Assembly (NCBI GenBank): GCA_965202585.1
Contig: OZ241830.1
Coordinates: 19,282,001-19,346,000 of the forward strand
DNA: 64,000 bases
Direction of reading: 5' to 3'
From: Thalia democratica
Lineage: Eukaryota
Below, in pieces: positions 61,146 through 64,000 of this stretch (position 1 is its first letter; every line of letters begins with the position of its first letter). The notes under the pieces were generated by a model, which saw only the letters and a list, made by a program, of their open reading frames with translations, ran no database searches and was not told the DNA's origin. Position numbers and translations under genes: made by a program.

Positions 61146-62867
61146 AAAAATTAAGATCTCTCATTAATCATACCTGAGAAAAAATAATTAAATTATTATA
61201 GTAAGCATATAGTAGTTTTAAATTTAACTTTTTTTAAAACATACTCTAAGTTTTAGAATGGTGTTTTATCATTTTAAAAAACTATACAATTAAAAAAAAT
61301 GCATTATAAATTTAACGAAAACTTAAAAAAAAACTAAATAGCAAATTTATTCAAATTTTTAACTGCATTATTGCATTTTTCAGAATGTAACCAATAAATA
61401 AAGTCTAAGAAAAAATCAAGAACTCTGTAGCATATATTCTTGTCTACAATCAGTAGTGTTTTAAAAATTTTAAATAAATTTTAGATCTAATTTTCTAAAT
61501 AGCTGTAGTTAAAAAAGTTCTAAATCAAAAAATTAATTATAATACAGAAACTTAAAAATTAATAATTTTTTATACTCTTACATCGTCAAAAGAATGTTCT
61601 TAATATTTTCGAACAGTAGTACAGAACTACTTAATTCAGTTTTATTGTGTACATATTTCAATTACCATGAAGTAAACTGGTTTAATGTAAAAGTTTTACC
61701 ATTACATAGTAAACATATTTTAAAATAAATACAAGCTTTTTTTTTAGTTTACTCAATCTGTATATGTTTGGATTATTTTTGAAAAACAGTATTTTACTTG
61801 TAAATATATACTGTTTTTAAGAAAGTTTAAACTAAGTTTTACATAAACATCTCTAAAAAAATTAAAAATATGTTTAAAAAATTCAAATAAATTTAAATTT
61901 ATATAATGAAACAAAAACATGTAAATTTAGTCTACATGTCTTTTATATAACGTCTTTGTTATTTAAATAATTTTACTTTTAGTATACATATTATAGTATC
62001 TTAAAAACATGGGTAAGTGTCAGAAATGCACTAAGGAACATTTTTGCACAAAGACACTTTTGAATGAAGGGTCTCTTTTGCTAGAGCATTCCTTTTTGTA
62101 AGACGTCAGTTTTAAATGGGTTTAAACCAGGATTTCCCATACTCATTTACTAAATCGCCCCCTTTTTAAAGATTTGAAGAAAAATCGCCCCCCCCCCCAT
62201 GATTTTAGAAAGTATTTTTTTTTCTTGAGTACGCACTTATGAGCCAAAAACGTTGTATTCAAAATTTAACTTAGTCTGGACTGGAAATTCTTTGTATTGA
62301 TGCGTCTTTAGTATAATACAGGGCTTAAAAAATAACTTTTTTATTTACAGTTATTTTCTTTTAATCCCAGTAAAGTGTAATAAAATACTTAAATATTAAA
62401 AAAGCCCTTTGTAATCTGTAATCAATTCTGTTTAAAAACGAACTGTTTTAAAACTAATAAAACCTTTAGGTTAGTTGTTGACAACTTTTGTAGTCACAAG
62501 TCATTTTACTAATCTAAATCAGCTAAAATTGAGGACCTTACAGAAAATAATGTCTGTAACTGAAGTCTAATCTAATGTGAAGGATGAGCTTCATGACTGC
62601 TTGCAAGTTTTTCTGTATCTTGTTCTATAACAGTCAAATAAATCCTCAAGTTTTCTACTTTATAAATATACAATTTGGAAACCAAATGAGTAATAGCGCT
62701 TAATCTTGAAACAGAAAGCCAAATTAATTTATAATTTATTGACGAAATTGCAACCTTACTAACCCGGTTTCACCTAAAAAAGGATCTTCAGAGTCTAGGT
62801 AGCAATAAAAATGAAGCACACTGATATATATAGAAAAAATAATCAAATTAATAGGCACTAATTAGAC

Positions 62868-63123
62868 TAGGGTTTCCCAAACTTTTTTGAAAATGGCCCC
62901 CTTTAAAGAGTTTGAAAAAGCAATGGCCCTCTTCAACATATAGGTTACTCATAAACTATACACATAAGACCTTTTTTTTTTGCTCTTCATCTGCAACTCA
63001 AGAATATCTAGTAGTTTCAAGTTATGGCCTTATGGCCCCCTGTGGCTCCTTTACTGCTCATGGCCCCCTGAGTATCTGTCATGGCCCCCTAGGGGGCCAC
63101 TTGGCCCACTTTGGGAAACCCTG
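62868..63123. mobile_element. 256-bp hAT MITE
   Basis: TIR tagggtttcccaaa / tttgggaaaccctg; perfect TSD aattagac. Confidence 0.9.
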
Positions 63124-63279
63124 AATTAGACTAATCAGTACTAATTAGACATAAATTAGTAATTAAGTAATTTATAGATATTTTTAAGTGAAATTAATTA
63201 ATAACTTGATAAAAACTTATTATGTTTAATTAGTAAAAATTATCATAAAATTTATAAAAGTCTAAAAAAAAAAGATGAA

Positions 63280-63985
63280 GTTTAACATATAAGATGGTAA
63301 AAATAGTAAAAATATATACACTAATAACCTCGATGTGCCTATGGGTAGTTATATGGGTGCAGAAATTTTCGATCTGATAGGATTATATATCTTGTCCGAT
63401 TTGTCTTCAATTGACATTTTAGTTTCATTTGGGTTATATCGGGACGATGGTCTAACAGTTTTAGAGAAATCCAAATGTGAAAATGAAAGGGCAGCTAAAA
63501 CAATCAGAAAGATTTTCCAGAATCATGGGTTTAAGATAACTGTGAAAGCAAATTTAATCCAAACTGACTATTTAGACATCACGATGAATTTATCAAATAA
63601 CACATATGCCCCATTTCGAAAAGAAAACTCGCATATAAGATATATAAACAACCAATCAAATCACCTTAAACTAATAAGAAAGAGCATAGGCCCAATGGTT
63701 AGTAACAGATTAGGTAAACTTTCCAGTAGCGAAGAGATTTTCAATAACATCAAAAAAGACTACAATGAAGCCTTAACTATAAGCGGATACAACAAACTCA
63801 AAAGCTACAACGAAACTATCTCAAAGACCAGATAGTCCACGAAAATTATTTACTTCAACCCCCCATTCTGCAATTCTGTAAAAACAAACATTGGTAAACA
63901 ATTCTTGGATCTTGGACGACTTCATTTTCCAAGAAATAACAAACTTCACAAGATCTTTAATAAGAACACCATTAAAATTTCATAT
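63280..63985 (+). mobile_element. Penelope-like RT fragment (second family)
   Basis: DVPMGSYMGAE, GLYRDDGL, DYLDIT, YINNQSNH; after the stop at 63833-35 continues KIIYFNPPFCNSVKTNIGKQFL...KLHKIFNKNTIKISY. Confidence 0.85.
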
Positions 63986-64000
63986 ACAGTAGACTACCGC

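Noticed and set aside
62912-63124. 70-aa ORF
   Set aside because: Lies within a non-autonomous MITE.

Overview
Very AT-rich, intron-containing animal (invertebrate-like) genomic DNA; the species cannot be determined from sequence. I see no prokaryotic features, rRNA, tRNA or CRISPR array. Main content: (1) three spliced, apparently intact paralogs of a type II membrane receptor (short cytoplasmic tail, TM helix, Ca-binding EGF stalk, fibrinogen-related domain, FReD). Copy A is at 2454-13582 (-, 3 EGF exons), B at 23628-30227 (+, 2) and C at 34016-39476 (+, 1); all exons were traced by hand with GT-AG ends and matching phases. (2) An intronless BTB-domain gene (52330-53796 +) and its frameshifted pseudogene (about 15427-16900 -). 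(3) An intronless RING-H2 gene whose zinc finger is split by about 185 acidic residues (59793-61145 -). (4) A 3.8-kb degenerate palindrome carrying decayed copies of an unknown gene. (5) Buster-type hAT elements with 8-bp TSDs, a pogo-like MITE, Penelope-like retroelement relics and three minimal hammerhead ribozyme cores. The most interesting signal is a candidate modular receptor-diversification system. The tail, stalk length and ligand-binding exon vary independently, and the shared exons are mosaics. The FReD terminal ligand-binding exon and a tract in the BTB C-terminal region are sharply GC3-rich, and the BTB tract is near-identical between gene and pseudogene, which points to focal gene conversion. 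All percentages are hand counts.
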